From positions 1-48,606 of the forward strand of contig JBCCQY010000056.1 in the NCBI GenBank assembly GCA_039208735.1: DNA of 48,606 bases. The letters run 5' to 3'. The notes beneath the pieces were generated by a model. The model was not told the DNA's origin. It worked only from the letters and a program-made list of their open reading frames with translations, and did not search any database. The DNA is from Myxococcota bacterium (lineage in GTDB: Bacteria; Myxococcota_A; UBA796; GCA-2862545). Within the stretch, counting starts at the first letter, position 1. Every line of letters begins with the position of its first letter. Both the position numbers and the translations under genes were made by a program. Positions 38,659 through 47,852 of this stretch are shown in pieces.

Positions 38659-40296
38659 ATGAGCCAATTGGATCCTTCGAATCCGACTCGTGTGCTTCGG
38701 GAGGTTCGCGAACAACTCGAGGCCTTGGGGGGACCCTCGGTCGAGCAGGCCCCCACGCTTGCGAGGCTTTGTCGAACGCTCGAAGACCTTGGGCCTGCGC
38801 AGACCTCGGAGTCGTTGTGGGCCGTGGCGAAGGCGGCTGCGGAAGCGTTGAAACACGACAACGCGTCGACCAAACTTGAAGTTCGGGTTGCGCTTGACCG
38901 CGCCCTCGAGACCTTGGTGGGGGCACTTGGCGCCTTGGTCGATGGCCACCCCATCGATCACCACGAAGGGGCCCTGCGACTGGCCAAGGCCATGCTCCGG
39001 GCGACCGGGGACCACAATCCATCGGTGTCCGACCTCGACCTGTTTGTCGGCAACGCTGCACGAGACTTGCAGGTGGCCCGACACTCGTTGGACGAGCTGG
39101 CGGCCGATCCCACACACCGGGACGCGGTTCATGCGGCGTTTCGGGCGGTTCACACCGTGCGCGGTGACGCAGGTGTGATGGGGGCCCAGAACGTTGAGGC
39201 GGTCTGTAGTCGCCTCGAGACGATCCTCGAAGCCGTTCGGTCGAGTGAGGCGGTGGCCACCCAGCGGGTGGTCAAAGCGTGCCAGTCCCTCATCGACCAC
39301 GCGCTGACCGCGGTGGTAGAACCGGCCACTCGATTCGATGATGCCACCTTGGACCACTACCTGACCTGCCTCGACGAAGGCCGGTCGTTGGCAAAGGCCA
39401 CCCGCCTTGGCGAACTCCTCGTCAAGGAGCAGATGGTCGACGCCCACGACATCGAGCTTGCGTTGGCGATCAAGTCGGGCCCGGTCGGGCGCACTCTCGT
39501 CAACCTCCGGGTCATTGGCGATGATGACCTTGACCGCGTCCTCGAGTTGCAGAAAGAGCTGCGCCGAGGGGGCTCGGTTCGGCCAGGGCCCACCCACGTC
39601 AAACGGGTCAGCGTGGCCGAGGACACCCTAAATCAGCTCACGAAGGCGGTTCGCGAACTGCAGACGCGGGTGGTCGATCTGCCGACGATCCCCTTTATGC
39701 AAGATGTCGTGCGGCTCACCGAGCGATTGCAGCAGCAAAACATGGGTTCGTTGTTTCGGAAGCTCGCCCGGGCGGCGCGTGCGTTGGCTGACGAGTTGGG
39801 CAAGGAAGTCTGGGTGTCGGTGACGGGAGGCTCCGTCGAAGTCCACCGGCAGATCGTGCAAGCGTTGGATGCGCCGCTCCTCCAGCTGGTGCGCAACGCG
39901 TTGGACCACGGAATCGAGCGTCCGCCGCTGCGTCGGGTGGCCGGAAAGCCGGCCCGGGCCACGCTGACGTTGGCGGCCCACCTCGAAGGGCCCAACCTCA
40001 TGGTGGAAGTGGGCGACGACGGTGCTGGGATCGATGTTGCCCGGGTGCTGCAGCGCGCCATCGACATGGGCTTGGTGCCGCCTGGCGATGCCACCCAAAT
40101 GTCCGATGAAGAGGTTCAACGACTCATCTTTGAACCAGGTCTCTCGGGCACGACCCGCATTGGGCGCATCTCGGGACGTGGCGTGGGCATGGATGTGGTC
40201 GAGCACGCCGTACGAGCCCTTGGCGGGCAGATCGTGTTGGATTCCCAACGCGGCATGGGGACTCGGTTTCGCCTGGCCTTGCCCAATCTTCGTTGA
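38659..40296 (+). CDS. Atypical CheA-like histidine kinase: Hpt + MshEN-like motif + HATPase, no CheW/P5 domain
   Basis: [62 protein letters not shown]; ends at LALPNLR. Confidence 0.88.
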   Translation: MSQLDPSNPTRVLREVREQLEALGGPSVEQAPTLARLCRTLEDLGPAQTSESLWAVAKAAAEALKHDNASTKLEVRVALDRALETLVGALGALVDGHPIDHHEGALRLAKAMLRATGDHNPSVSDLDLFVGNAARDLQVARHSLDELAADPTHRDAVHAAFRAVHTVRGDAGVMGAQNVEAVCSRLETILEAVRSSEAVATQRVVKACQSLIDHALTAVVEPATRFDDATLDHYLTCLDEGRSLAKATRLGELLVKEQMVDAHDIELALAIKSGPVGRTLVNLRVIGDDDLDRVLELQKELRRGGSVRPGPTHVKRVSVAEDTLNQLTKAVRELQTRVVDLPTIPFMQDVVRLTERLQQQNMGSLFRKLARAARALADELGKEVWVSVTGGSVEVHRQIVQALDAPLLQLVRNALDHGIERPPLRRVAGKPARATLTLAAHLEGPNLMVEVGDDGAGIDVARVLQRAIDMGLVPPGDATQMSDEEVQRLIFEPGLSGTTRIGRISGRGVGMDVVEHAVRALGGQIVLDSQRGMGTRFRLALPNLR

Positions 40297-40358
40297 ATTT
40301 GCATGGAGGGGGGAGCCGGTCGATCCGATGTCTCCCTTGAACGGGAGCGAGGTGCCGC

Positions 40359-41216
40359 ATGGACGTTTTGGTCGTCGATGACAGCTCGGTGATGCGCAAG
40401 ATGGTGCGGCGTGCGCTGCGCCAGGCTGGCTTCAAGAATCTCAATGTTCGCGAAGCGGAGAACGGTCGGGCTGCCCTGGCCGAAGTGCAACGTGAAAAGG
40501 TCGACATGGTTCTTTCTGACTGGAACATGCCCGAGATGACGGGGATCCAGTTGCTGCGGGCTCTCCGCAAGCGGGGGGATCAGACGCGATTCGGGTTCAT
40601 CACGTCGGAGTCGACGGCCGATATTCGGGCCCGAGCGACGTCGGCGGGTGCCCTCTTCGTGCTGAATAAGCCGTTTACGCCGGAATCGATGCGGGCGGCA
40701 TTTGAAGAGGCGGGGCTCGTCAAGGCCACTGGAGCGAAGCGAAACTTCGTTGCAGACCGTTTCGATGCGCCAGCTATCCAGAAGATGCTCACGGAGCTGG
40801 TGAGTCGCCGCATGGGAGTCCGCGCGCTGGACGTTGAGCCCATCGTGAAGACGGACCCGGCGGTGTGGGCGATTTACATCTTCGACAACGACGACCTAGG
40901 TTGCTTGCTTCGCTTCGAGTTCGAGCTGGCCGCGTCGATGGGGGCGGCTTTGGGCATGCGTAGCCCCGAGCAGGTCATGGGCATCCTCAAGCAGGGCACG
41001 TTGCCCGAGGACCTTCGCGCCGACACCTACGAGACCCTCAACGTCATGGCGCGCCTGCTCTCGCAACGTCGCCACGTTCGACTGTCCCAGGTCATCTTCC
41101 CGCCGGATCAGCCGAGCGCGGACGTTTTCCAGTTCCTCGACAACGCAGGTCAGCAGCAGGACTTCCATGTGCTGCCGTCCGGCTTTATGCCGGGTCGGAT
41201 GTCGTACTTCTGGTAG
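40359..41216 (+). CDS. Response regulator receiver fused to CheC/CheX-like domain
   Basis: VVDDS, SDWNMP, TSE, KPF; C-terminal domain with YETLNV (ExxN); GAGGT SD. Confidence 0.85.
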   Translation: MDVLVVDDSSVMRKMVRRALRQAGFKNLNVREAENGRAALAEVQREKVDMVLSDWNMPEMTGIQLLRALRKRGDQTRFGFITSESTADIRARATSAGALFVLNKPFTPESMRAAFEEAGLVKATGAKRNFVADRFDAPAIQKMLTELVSRRMGVRALDVEPIVKTDPAVWAIYIFDNDDLGCLLRFEFELAASMGAALGMRSPEQVMGILKQGTLPEDLRADTYETLNVMARLLSQRRHVRLSQVIFPPDQPSADVFQFLDNAGQQQDFHVLPSGFMPGRMSYFW

Positions 41217-43016
41217 TCATTGTGGCGGGAGCACCACGATGGACGGACCATCGTGGTCGTGTTGCAGTACGGCGACCCGCCCCAGGTCGGGATGGTGTTG
41301 CGTCGCGTCGACGCGAGGCCCCGCAGCAAGCGACCACCGTTCCATGGCTTCCGCGCGATTGACGACGATCCGGGTCACTCCATCGCCAGATGCCAACAGG
41401 GTTTCCCCCCTTGGGCCAAACTCGAGACCATGCACGTCTCGAACGGTGGGCAGCACCTTTCGGGCAAATCCTGACTCGACGAAGAACAGGCTTACGCCGT
41501 CCTCGAACGCTGCGGCGAGGACGTTTCCGTCCGGCGACACCGCGATGGCCTTGGGAAAGCTGTCGTAGGGGATGGGCCATCGCTTGCCCATGGGGCGGCC
41601 TCGAGCATTTCGTAGGACGATGGCCGAGTCCCAAACCACGGCGTGGTAGCGGCCCGCCACCGCCACTTGAGGGACGTCGAGCGGCGGGCCGACTCGAGGG
41701 CCTCGCCCGGCTCGCGGACCCACGCGCACCGCGTCCCGCGTCCATGACACCCAACGGCCGTCGGGCATGGCCAAGGCGCCCCGTGTCCCCTTGAGCCGAG
41801 CCACCCGAAGGGCTTCGGACTTGCCCCGTTTGGCGACGTAGGCCGCTTGGTCGGTGGCGATTTCGAGTTGATCGGGTTTGCCGCCCACGTCGAGGACGAG
41901 GCAGCCCAGATCCGGATCGGATGGGCATTGGGGCAGGGTCTTGGTCCAGGCCACACGGTCGAGGCCGTCGGCGGGAACCCCCCACACCCGACCGTCATCC
42001 GAACCGAGAACGAATGGACCTTCGGGTACTGCCCCTACGAACGTCACCCGGCTCACGTCTTCGGGGACAGGCACAGCGGTGACCCGAGGGGGCCGCCAAA
42101 GCGACCATCGCTCGAGGGTGTCGCCGACTGCGAGCCAGAGGGACACCCGCCGGTTGACGAGTACAAAGGCACCCGCAACGGCATCGCGGCTGACGAACGC
42201 GGCAGCGGGTTCGGGGGCGAGCGCCCAAGGAATCACCGCACCATCGACGAGCCAGTGGTCGTTTGGGCCCGCCACGAGTTGCTGAATTCGGCGGGGCCAT
42301 CGGGGGGGATCGGTGGCCGGAAGGAGGTCGGCGGTGGAGAGGGGCGTGCTGCGTCCCGATGCGTCGAGGGTCCGTAACCAGCGCTGGCTGGCTGCAATCT
42401 CGACAATGCCGGGGTGTTCCCGCTCCGCCTGCACCGTGCCGAGGCGGTCGAGACGTCGCAGGGCTTGGCCATCACTGACGATGATGGCCTCTTGGGGGCT
42501 TGCGAACACCACCGGTCCCCCGCCGTAGGGGCGCTCCCACCGGATTTCGCCTGTGGTGGCGTCGTACCACGTCACCATCTCGCCCGCGGACACGACGAGA
42601 GAGGCCCCACGCGGGGAGAGGGCGGCGTCTCGGAGTTTCTCCACGTTCCACTCTGCGACGCGGCCCCCATCCGCGTCGATCACGGTGACACGCTCGGTTC
42701 CCCCGATGGCGAGTCGGCTACCGTCGTCGGCCCAGGTGATGACCCGGGCCGCACCCGGCGTGCCTCGGACGACGAACCGCGGTGCCCCATCCGCGTCATG
42801 CACGTGCACCGCTCCATCCTGCAGGCGCACCGCGAACCGAGACCCGTCTCGCGAGGCCACCAACGCGCCGTCGAATGGCGCAGGCAACGCGATGCGGTCA
42901 TCGAAGCGATGGCGCGCGGCAAGGATATCGGAGCGCGCCACCCGGGCAGAGGCCGGGGGCGGAGGCTCGGGTTCGGGCGGAGGTTCCCCACAAGACAGCA
43001 GCGCCAGCAGCAACAT
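41217..43016 (-). CDS. WD40-like beta-propeller lipoprotein
   Basis: LLSC lipobox; repeated blades (SRDGSRF, WADDGSRL, LSPRGASL, VSPDGNVL, FGPRGETL). Confidence 0.8.
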   Translation of the reverse strand: MLLLALLSCGEPPPEPEPPPPASARVARSDILAARHRFDDRIALPAPFDGALVASRDGSRFAVRLQDGAVHVHDADGAPRFVVRGTPGAARVITWADDGSRLAIGGTERVTVIDADGGRVAEWNVEKLRDAALSPRGASLVVSAGEMVTWYDATTGEIRWERPYGGGPVVFASPQEAIIVSDGQALRRLDRLGTVQAEREHPGIVEIAASQRWLRTLDASGRSTPLSTADLLPATDPPRWPRRIQQLVAGPNDHWLVDGAVIPWALAPEPAAAFVSRDAVAGAFVLVNRRVSLWLAVGDTLERWSLWRPPRVTAVPVPEDVSRVTFVGAVPEGPFVLGSDDGRVWGVPADGLDRVAWTKTLPQCPSDPDLGCLVLDVGGKPDQLEIATDQAAYVAKRGKSEALRVARLKGTRGALAMPDGRWVSWTRDAVRVGPRAGRGPRVGPPLDVPQVAVAGRYHAVVWDSAIVLRNARGRPMGKRWPIPYDSFPKAIAVSPDGNVLAAAFEDGVSLFFVESGFARKVLPTVRDVHGLEFGPRGETLLASGDGVTRIVVNRAEAMERWSLAAGPRVDATQHHPDLGRVAVLQHDHDGPSIVVLPPQ

Positions 43017-43026
43017 GCCGCCCGTT

Positions 43027-43620
43027 CTACCTCGAATCGGGCAGAACGAGCACATCGGTCTTGAGATTCCGAGGGAGCGCGGCGCGTAGAGCATCGATGT
43101 CCGCGTTGTCGAGCGCGATGCACCCGAGCGTCCAATCGCTCGACGACCCGCCGCCGTGAATCAAAATCTGACCCCCGAGCCGCGTGTTCATGGGAGGCAG
43201 ACGATGGGCGCGTTGGGCTTCGATGATGGCGTCATGCTGGGGTTGGGTGATCAGCCCTTCGCGAAGGCCCCGTTGGGCATCGCGTTCGGCGGGGTAGTCG
43301 ATCGTCAAGGCCGCATAGAATCGTGACCAAGGCCGGTCCGAGGTTCGGTACCACCCTTCAGGGGTTCGTAGGTCGCCCTGACGCTGCTTGGTCCCTGGGC
43401 GGTAGCCCGATGCGAGGGCCACGCGGAAACAGGCGTCACGACCCCCCAACGTCTTGCGGCGAGTGCCATTGGCGAACAGCATGAGGCGCCGCGCAGACTT
43501 GTCGACCACGATGACGGCGGGCCCCTTCAACCGAGCCACGGTTGGCGTGGGCAGGGACTCGACCGTGTCGGGACAGGGCGAGGCCGCTTGGGCCACCCAC
43601 GCAAACACGAATCCCACCAC
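43027..43620 (-). CDS. L,D-transpeptidase family protein (YkuD; YafK/DpaA-like)
   Basis: IVVDKSARRL, KQRQGDLRTPEG.Y, IHGGG..WTLGCIAL (catalytic His/Cys). Confidence 0.9.
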   Translation of the reverse strand: MVGFVFAWVAQAASPCPDTVESLPTPTVARLKGPAVIVVDKSARRLMLFANGTRRKTLGGRDACFRVALASGYRPGTKQRQGDLRTPEGWYRTSDRPWSRFYAALTIDYPAERDAQRGLREGLITQPQHDAIIEAQRAHRLPPMNTRLGGQILIHGGGSSSDWTLGCIALDNADIDALRAALPRNLKTDVLVLPDSR

Positions 43621-43656
43621 ACACACCTCCGGCCTCTTGGACACCCCGGGACGCGA

Positions 43657-44502
43657 TTAGTTCCCGGGTAGTGGTGGATCCCAACGGCCTCGAACCACTC
43701 CCGTCAGGTTGGCTCCGGCCAACCGAGCGCCTTCAAGGCGGGTCTCGATGAGTCGAGCGCCACGAAGGTTGGCGTTGCGAAGGTCCGCGTTGCGGAGGTC
43801 CGCCCCCGAGAGATCGGCCCCCGAGAAGTTGGCGCCTTCCAGGGTCACCGCCTGCAAACTGGCCCGAACGAGGTTGGCTCCAGCTAAATCGACCCCGCTA
43901 AGGTCGCGGTTCCGATCGACAAGGATGCCCGAGAGCTCCGCTTGGGGCGCAAGACCGTACGCTTCCGGTGGTGGCTTGCCCGGCCACTGGGTGGTGGGAT
44001 CGTAGAGGGCTTCTTCGAAGCTGCCGCCGTCAAGGACCGCGCCCGTCAGGTTTGTGCCGCGCAAGTCCGTCCGTTGGAGACGAGCGCGATCGAGCCTTGC
44101 CTCCTGCAGATCGAGATCTCGAAGATCCAGCCCCGAGAGGTCAGCCCCGACCAGCCAAGCCTCGGGTCCCAACAGCCGAACGTCGCGGGGCCGGCGCTTT
44201 GGCCACCGGGTCGTGCGATCGGCGACCGCATGGCGGAGGTCGGCCTTCTTGAGGTTGGCCCCCGCGAGGTCCGCGCCTCGGAGGTCCGCGCCGCGCAGGT
44301 CGCACTTGCGAAGATCCACCTCAAACAAGGATGCACCGCGAAGGTCCACCCGTCGCAGGGAGGTTCCACGGAGGTCCAGCTGGCGCCACCGGCTGCCTGC
44401 GCAGTCTGGCAGACATTCGGGAGGTGCATCCGGCGCTCCGAGCGCTGGCGTCATCGTGAGGAACCACCACATGACGCCAGTCTTACCGCTGCGGCCGGTC
44501 AT
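43657..44502 (-). CDS. Pentapeptide repeat protein, probably exported
   Basis: Many A(D/N)LxG repeats in three blocks separated by TTxWP inserts; alternative start at 44472. Confidence 0.9.
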   Translation of the reverse strand: MTGRSGKTGVMWWFLTMTPALGAPDAPPECLPDCAGSRWRQLDLRGTSLRRVDLRGASLFEVDLRKCDLRGADLRGADLAGANLKKADLRHAVADRTTRWPKRRPRDVRLLGPEAWLVGADLSGLDLRDLDLQEARLDRARLQRTDLRGTNLTGAVLDGGSFEEALYDPTTQWPGKPPPEAYGLAPQAELSGILVDRNRDLSGVDLAGANLVRASLQAVTLEGANFSGADLSGADLRNADLRNANLRGARLIETRLEGARLAGANLTGVVRGRWDPPLPGN

Positions 44503-44532
44503 GGAAAGGCGCCGAACGGTACAGTGCCCGGT

Positions 44533-45669
44533 ATGCGAATGGACCTAAGAGTTCTGGGCCAGTTGGTGGAAGTGGCTCGCGAGCGGGGCGATCTCACGCC
44601 GCGCTTCGTGACGGCGACCACGCTGTTCATGGGTCTGTTTTTTTCGGCCTACGGCATCATGCGAAGCTTTCAGGGGATGGATCGCCTGTTGGCGCCGCGT
44701 TTCCAGGACGAGCCTGTCAAAGAGCCGGTGTTCATCGTTGGGAATCCGAGAAGCGGCACCACGTTCTTGCATCGGATGATGAGCGAAGATCAGCAGTTCT
44801 CGAATCTGGCGCTCTACCAGACCTTGCTGCCGTCGACGGTGGCGATTCGTTCGGTCACGGGGTTGGCGCGGCTCGATACCGCAGTCGGACGGCCCGTTCA
44901 GCGAATGCTAGCGGCGGCCCAGCGTTGGATCTTCCGTGGATGGAAGGGGATTCACCACGTCTCCCTCGACGCTCCTGAAGAAGACGAGATGCTCTTCATG
45001 TACGCCATGCGAACGCCCGCTTGGGTGCTGTTGCACCCTGGATTGGCCGAGCTGCCCAGCACCCGTGATCCGAGCCAGTTGCCGGCCAACGAGCGGGCGC
45101 GTTTGGTGGCCGATGTGCGGTCCGCGTGGCAGCGTCAGGCTTATGCCGTAGGTCAAGGCCGGCGGCTCCTCGTGAAGAATGCACTGGCCGCGGGGCGCAT
45201 GGAGATCTATCGCGAGGCGTTTCCCGATCTCTCGGTGGTGCACCTGGTCCGTCATCCTTACCATTCGATTCCTTCGATGGTGAGCATGTTCTCGCGGACC
45301 TGGTACGTGCTCAACCCGAGTTGGACCCGCGACCCCGACGTGCTGCGAATCATCGCGCGCCTCGGTGTCGACTACTACCGGGAACTCGATGCCTTCGTGA
45401 GTACCCTCGACCCGGCCCGTCGGATCGAGCTTGCCTACGACGAGCTGATCGCGGACCCGGAAGCCACGGTACGCAGGGTGTACCAGACCCTCGATCTGCC
45501 GTTGACCGAGTCCTACGCGGCCACGTTGCAGGATCTTGCGGAGCATGCACGAGGCTATCGAAGCAGCCACCAGTACGATCTGGAACGGCTTGGCTTGTCG
45601 CGCCAATGGATCCATGAGGCGTTGGCCGACGTCTTTGAACGACGCGGCTTCGATCCTGGCCTCGCGTGA
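44533..45669 (+). CDS. PAPS-dependent sulfotransferase family protein
   Basis: PVFIVGNPRSGTT (5'-PSB), PEEDE, HLVRHP...S (3'-PB), YDELIADP. Confidence 0.9.
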   Translation: MRMDLRVLGQLVEVARERGDLTPRFVTATTLFMGLFFSAYGIMRSFQGMDRLLAPRFQDEPVKEPVFIVGNPRSGTTFLHRMMSEDQQFSNLALYQTLLPSTVAIRSVTGLARLDTAVGRPVQRMLAAAQRWIFRGWKGIHHVSLDAPEEDEMLFMYAMRTPAWVLLHPGLAELPSTRDPSQLPANERARLVADVRSAWQRQAYAVGQGRRLLVKNALAAGRMEIYREAFPDLSVVHLVRHPYHSIPSMVSMFSRTWYVLNPSWTRDPDVLRIIARLGVDYYRELDAFVSTLDPARRIELAYDELIADPEATVRRVYQTLDLPLTESYAATLQDLAEHARGYRSSHQYDLERLGLSRQWIHEALADVFERRGFDPGLA

Positions 45670-45750
45670 CTTGGGGGGCGCGAAGGAGTCGCTTGGACTA
45701 CGCTCCGCGCTTCCTGCCGCCGCCTTCGTCAGGCAGGTCACGGAGGGGTC

Positions 45751-46653
45751 ATGAGTCGCACGGTTTCCTTTGTCTGGGTTCTGGTCGCCTATGCAGTGGC
45801 CATCGCCGTCGCCTGGGGTACCGAGGTTGCGATGGGCGCCTATTCCGACGACGTGTTGGTGCGGGCGGGGGTCGCCGATGTGGCTGCGACCTTCGTCATC
45901 TTTGGGTTCTCGCTCGTGTTTTGGAACTCGTCGATGTACGACGCCTACTGGAGTGTCGCTCCGGTACCCATCTATGCCTTGTTCCTGGCTCAACCTGAAG
46001 CGGCGGCGGGCGATCCGGTGCGCCAGGCCCTAGTAGGCATCGTGGTGCTCTATTGGGCGATCCGCCTCACGCTCAACTGGGCGACGGGCTGGCCCGGGAT
46101 GGGCCATGAAGACTGGCGATATGTGCGTCTGGCCAAGCAGACGGGTCGGTTGTGGCCCCTCGTCAGCCTCACCGGGGTGCATCTCTTCCCCACGGTCCTT
46201 GTCTTTGGGGGCTGCCTGGCCATGTGGCCGGCGGTGACCTCATCGGAGCCACTGGGGATACTCGATGCCGTTGCCTTTGTTGTGGGCATGCTCGCGGTGA
46301 CCATCGAAGCGGTCTCCGACATTCAATTGCGTCGGTTTGCGCGGAACCGGCGTGACCCCCAGGAGGTCATGCGTACGGGATTGTGGGCGTGGTCTCGGCA
46401 CCCTAACTACCTAGGAGAAATCGGATTTTGGTTCGGCCTGTATCTGTTTGCCTTGGCGACCGGACCGCAAGCCGCGTGGACTGGCGTGGGCGTTCTCGCG
46501 ATGCTGTTGCTCTTCGTCGGCATCTCGATCCCCATGATGGAGCGACGGATGGTCGCGAAGCGCCCCGGATACCAAGATGTGCAGCGCCAGATCCCCATGT
46601 TGTTTCCGTGGCCATTCCGTCGGGGTGCAGATTCCGGCGCCGAGCGGGCATAA
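45751..46653 (+). CDS. DUF1295 / steroid 5-alpha-reductase-like membrane protein
   Basis: NSSMYDAYWS, HEDWRY, SDIQL..F, GLWAWSRHPNYLGE. Confidence 0.9.
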   Translation: MSRTVSFVWVLVAYAVAIAVAWGTEVAMGAYSDDVLVRAGVADVAATFVIFGFSLVFWNSSMYDAYWSVAPVPIYALFLAQPEAAAGDPVRQALVGIVVLYWAIRLTLNWATGWPGMGHEDWRYVRLAKQTGRLWPLVSLTGVHLFPTVLVFGGCLAMWPAVTSSEPLGILDAVAFVVGMLAVTIEAVSDIQLRRFARNRRDPQEVMRTGLWAWSRHPNYLGEIGFWFGLYLFALATGPQAAWTGVGVLAMLLLFVGISIPMMERRMVAKRPGYQDVQRQIPMLFPWPFRRGADSGAERA

Positions 46654-46753
46654 GGTCGGTCGAAGGAATGGCGGTCGGGGGGGTTGCCGAGGTATCGTGC
46701 CGCGGTCAACGGCTCTTCGTCCAAGTCGAGCTGAAGAAAGAACGAGGGTGGAG

Positions 46754-47758
46754 ATGCGACGTTTGGGTTTCGTATTGTTGAGCGCTTGGGGGTTCCTCGC
46801 CTGTAGTGGAGGCAACCAGCCCGAGTGTGAACCCTCAGAAGAGTTGCTTGTCTTCGCGGACGAGGACCGGGATGGGTTCGGCCGTGAGATCATTGGGTAT
46901 CGGTGTCGACTCGAGCAGGGTCAATCCACCAACAACGTCGACTGCAACGATACGGATGCGTCGGTGTTCCCCGGGGCAGTCGAGATTTGCGACAACCTGG
47001 ACAATGACTGCGACGGTGGGTTGGACGAAGGCTTCAATCCCATCGACTACTACTTGGACGCGGACGCCGATGGGTTTGGTGACCCCAATTCGCTGCTTCG
47101 GACGTGTGACGATCCCGGTGCAGCCTACGTCTTCAATGATTCGGACTGCAACGACGAGTTCGATACCGTCAACCCCGATGCCATCGATTGTCCGAACTAC
47201 ATGGACGATGATTGCAACGGCATTGTCGACGATCAGGTGGAGTCGTCCTGCGGCGACAACTTGGACAACGATTGCGACGGCCTGTCGGACTGCGACGATT
47301 CCGACTGTTCGACCACACCGTTCTGCCTGCTGCCGTGCGCCGACTATGTGATTCAGGGCGATTCGTTACCCGTCACGTTCAGCAACAGCACCGTCGACCC
47401 GCTGCCAAACGGTGACTTCCCCGAAGACAACTACATTCCGCCTCTCATCTGCCAGTACTACTTCAGCAACAATGCGCCGGATGTGGTGGTTCAGTGGACC
47501 GTCCCGGAAACCGGCAATTACAGCATTGACACCGCAGGTTCCGACTTCAACACGGTGCTGACCATCTACGTCGATGACTGCCCTATGGCCGGTTACGACC
47601 AAGGGTTTGAGGCCTGCAACGATAACGACGGCATCAATGTGACGTCGCGCATCGATTCGATCTTCCTGTCGTCGGGTGCGCAGATCGCCATCGTGGTTGA
47701 CGGATCGGGCTACGGCACCGACCGTGGGAACTTCACGATCAACATTGAAGAGCTTTAG
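46754..47758 (+). CDS. Lipoprotein with Cys-rich putative metal-binding (DCND..PGA.E.CD..DNDCDG) repeats and a PPC-like C-terminal domain
   Basis: FLAC lipobox; D.D.DGFG and DCND repeats; APDVV..WT.P..G.YSIDT.GS domain. Confidence 0.88.
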   Translation: MRRLGFVLLSAWGFLACSGGNQPECEPSEELLVFADEDRDGFGREIIGYRCRLEQGQSTNNVDCNDTDASVFPGAVEICDNLDNDCDGGLDEGFNPIDYYLDADADGFGDPNSLLRTCDDPGAAYVFNDSDCNDEFDTVNPDAIDCPNYMDDDCNGIVDDQVESSCGDNLDNDCDGLSDCDDSDCSTTPFCLLPCADYVIQGDSLPVTFSNSTVDPLPNGDFPEDNYIPPLICQYYFSNNAPDVVVQWTVPETGNYSIDTAGSDFNTVLTIYVDDCPMAGYDQGFEACNDNDGINVTSRIDSIFLSSGAQIAIVVDGSGYGTDRGNFTINIEEL

Positions 47759-47770
47759 GCCGCAAACCAC

Positions 47771-47800
47771 GAAGGCCAGCCCCGTGCGGAGCTGGCCTTC
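47771..47800. terminator. Stem-loop between convergent genes, probable terminator
   Basis: GAAGGCCAGC (47771-80) / GCTGGCCTTC (47791-800) perfect 10-bp inverted repeat 12 nt after a stop; no strong U tract. Confidence 0.6.
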
Positions 47801-47852
47801 TGCAGGTTGAGGGAGAGGAGCTAGCTTGTAAGCGGCTCTTCTTTCTCGTTGT

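Noticed and set aside
40290..40358. Frameshifted or nonsense-interrupted P5 domain after the second CheA-like gene
   Set aside because: Only 62 nt before the next gene and no CheW-like sequence recognisable there
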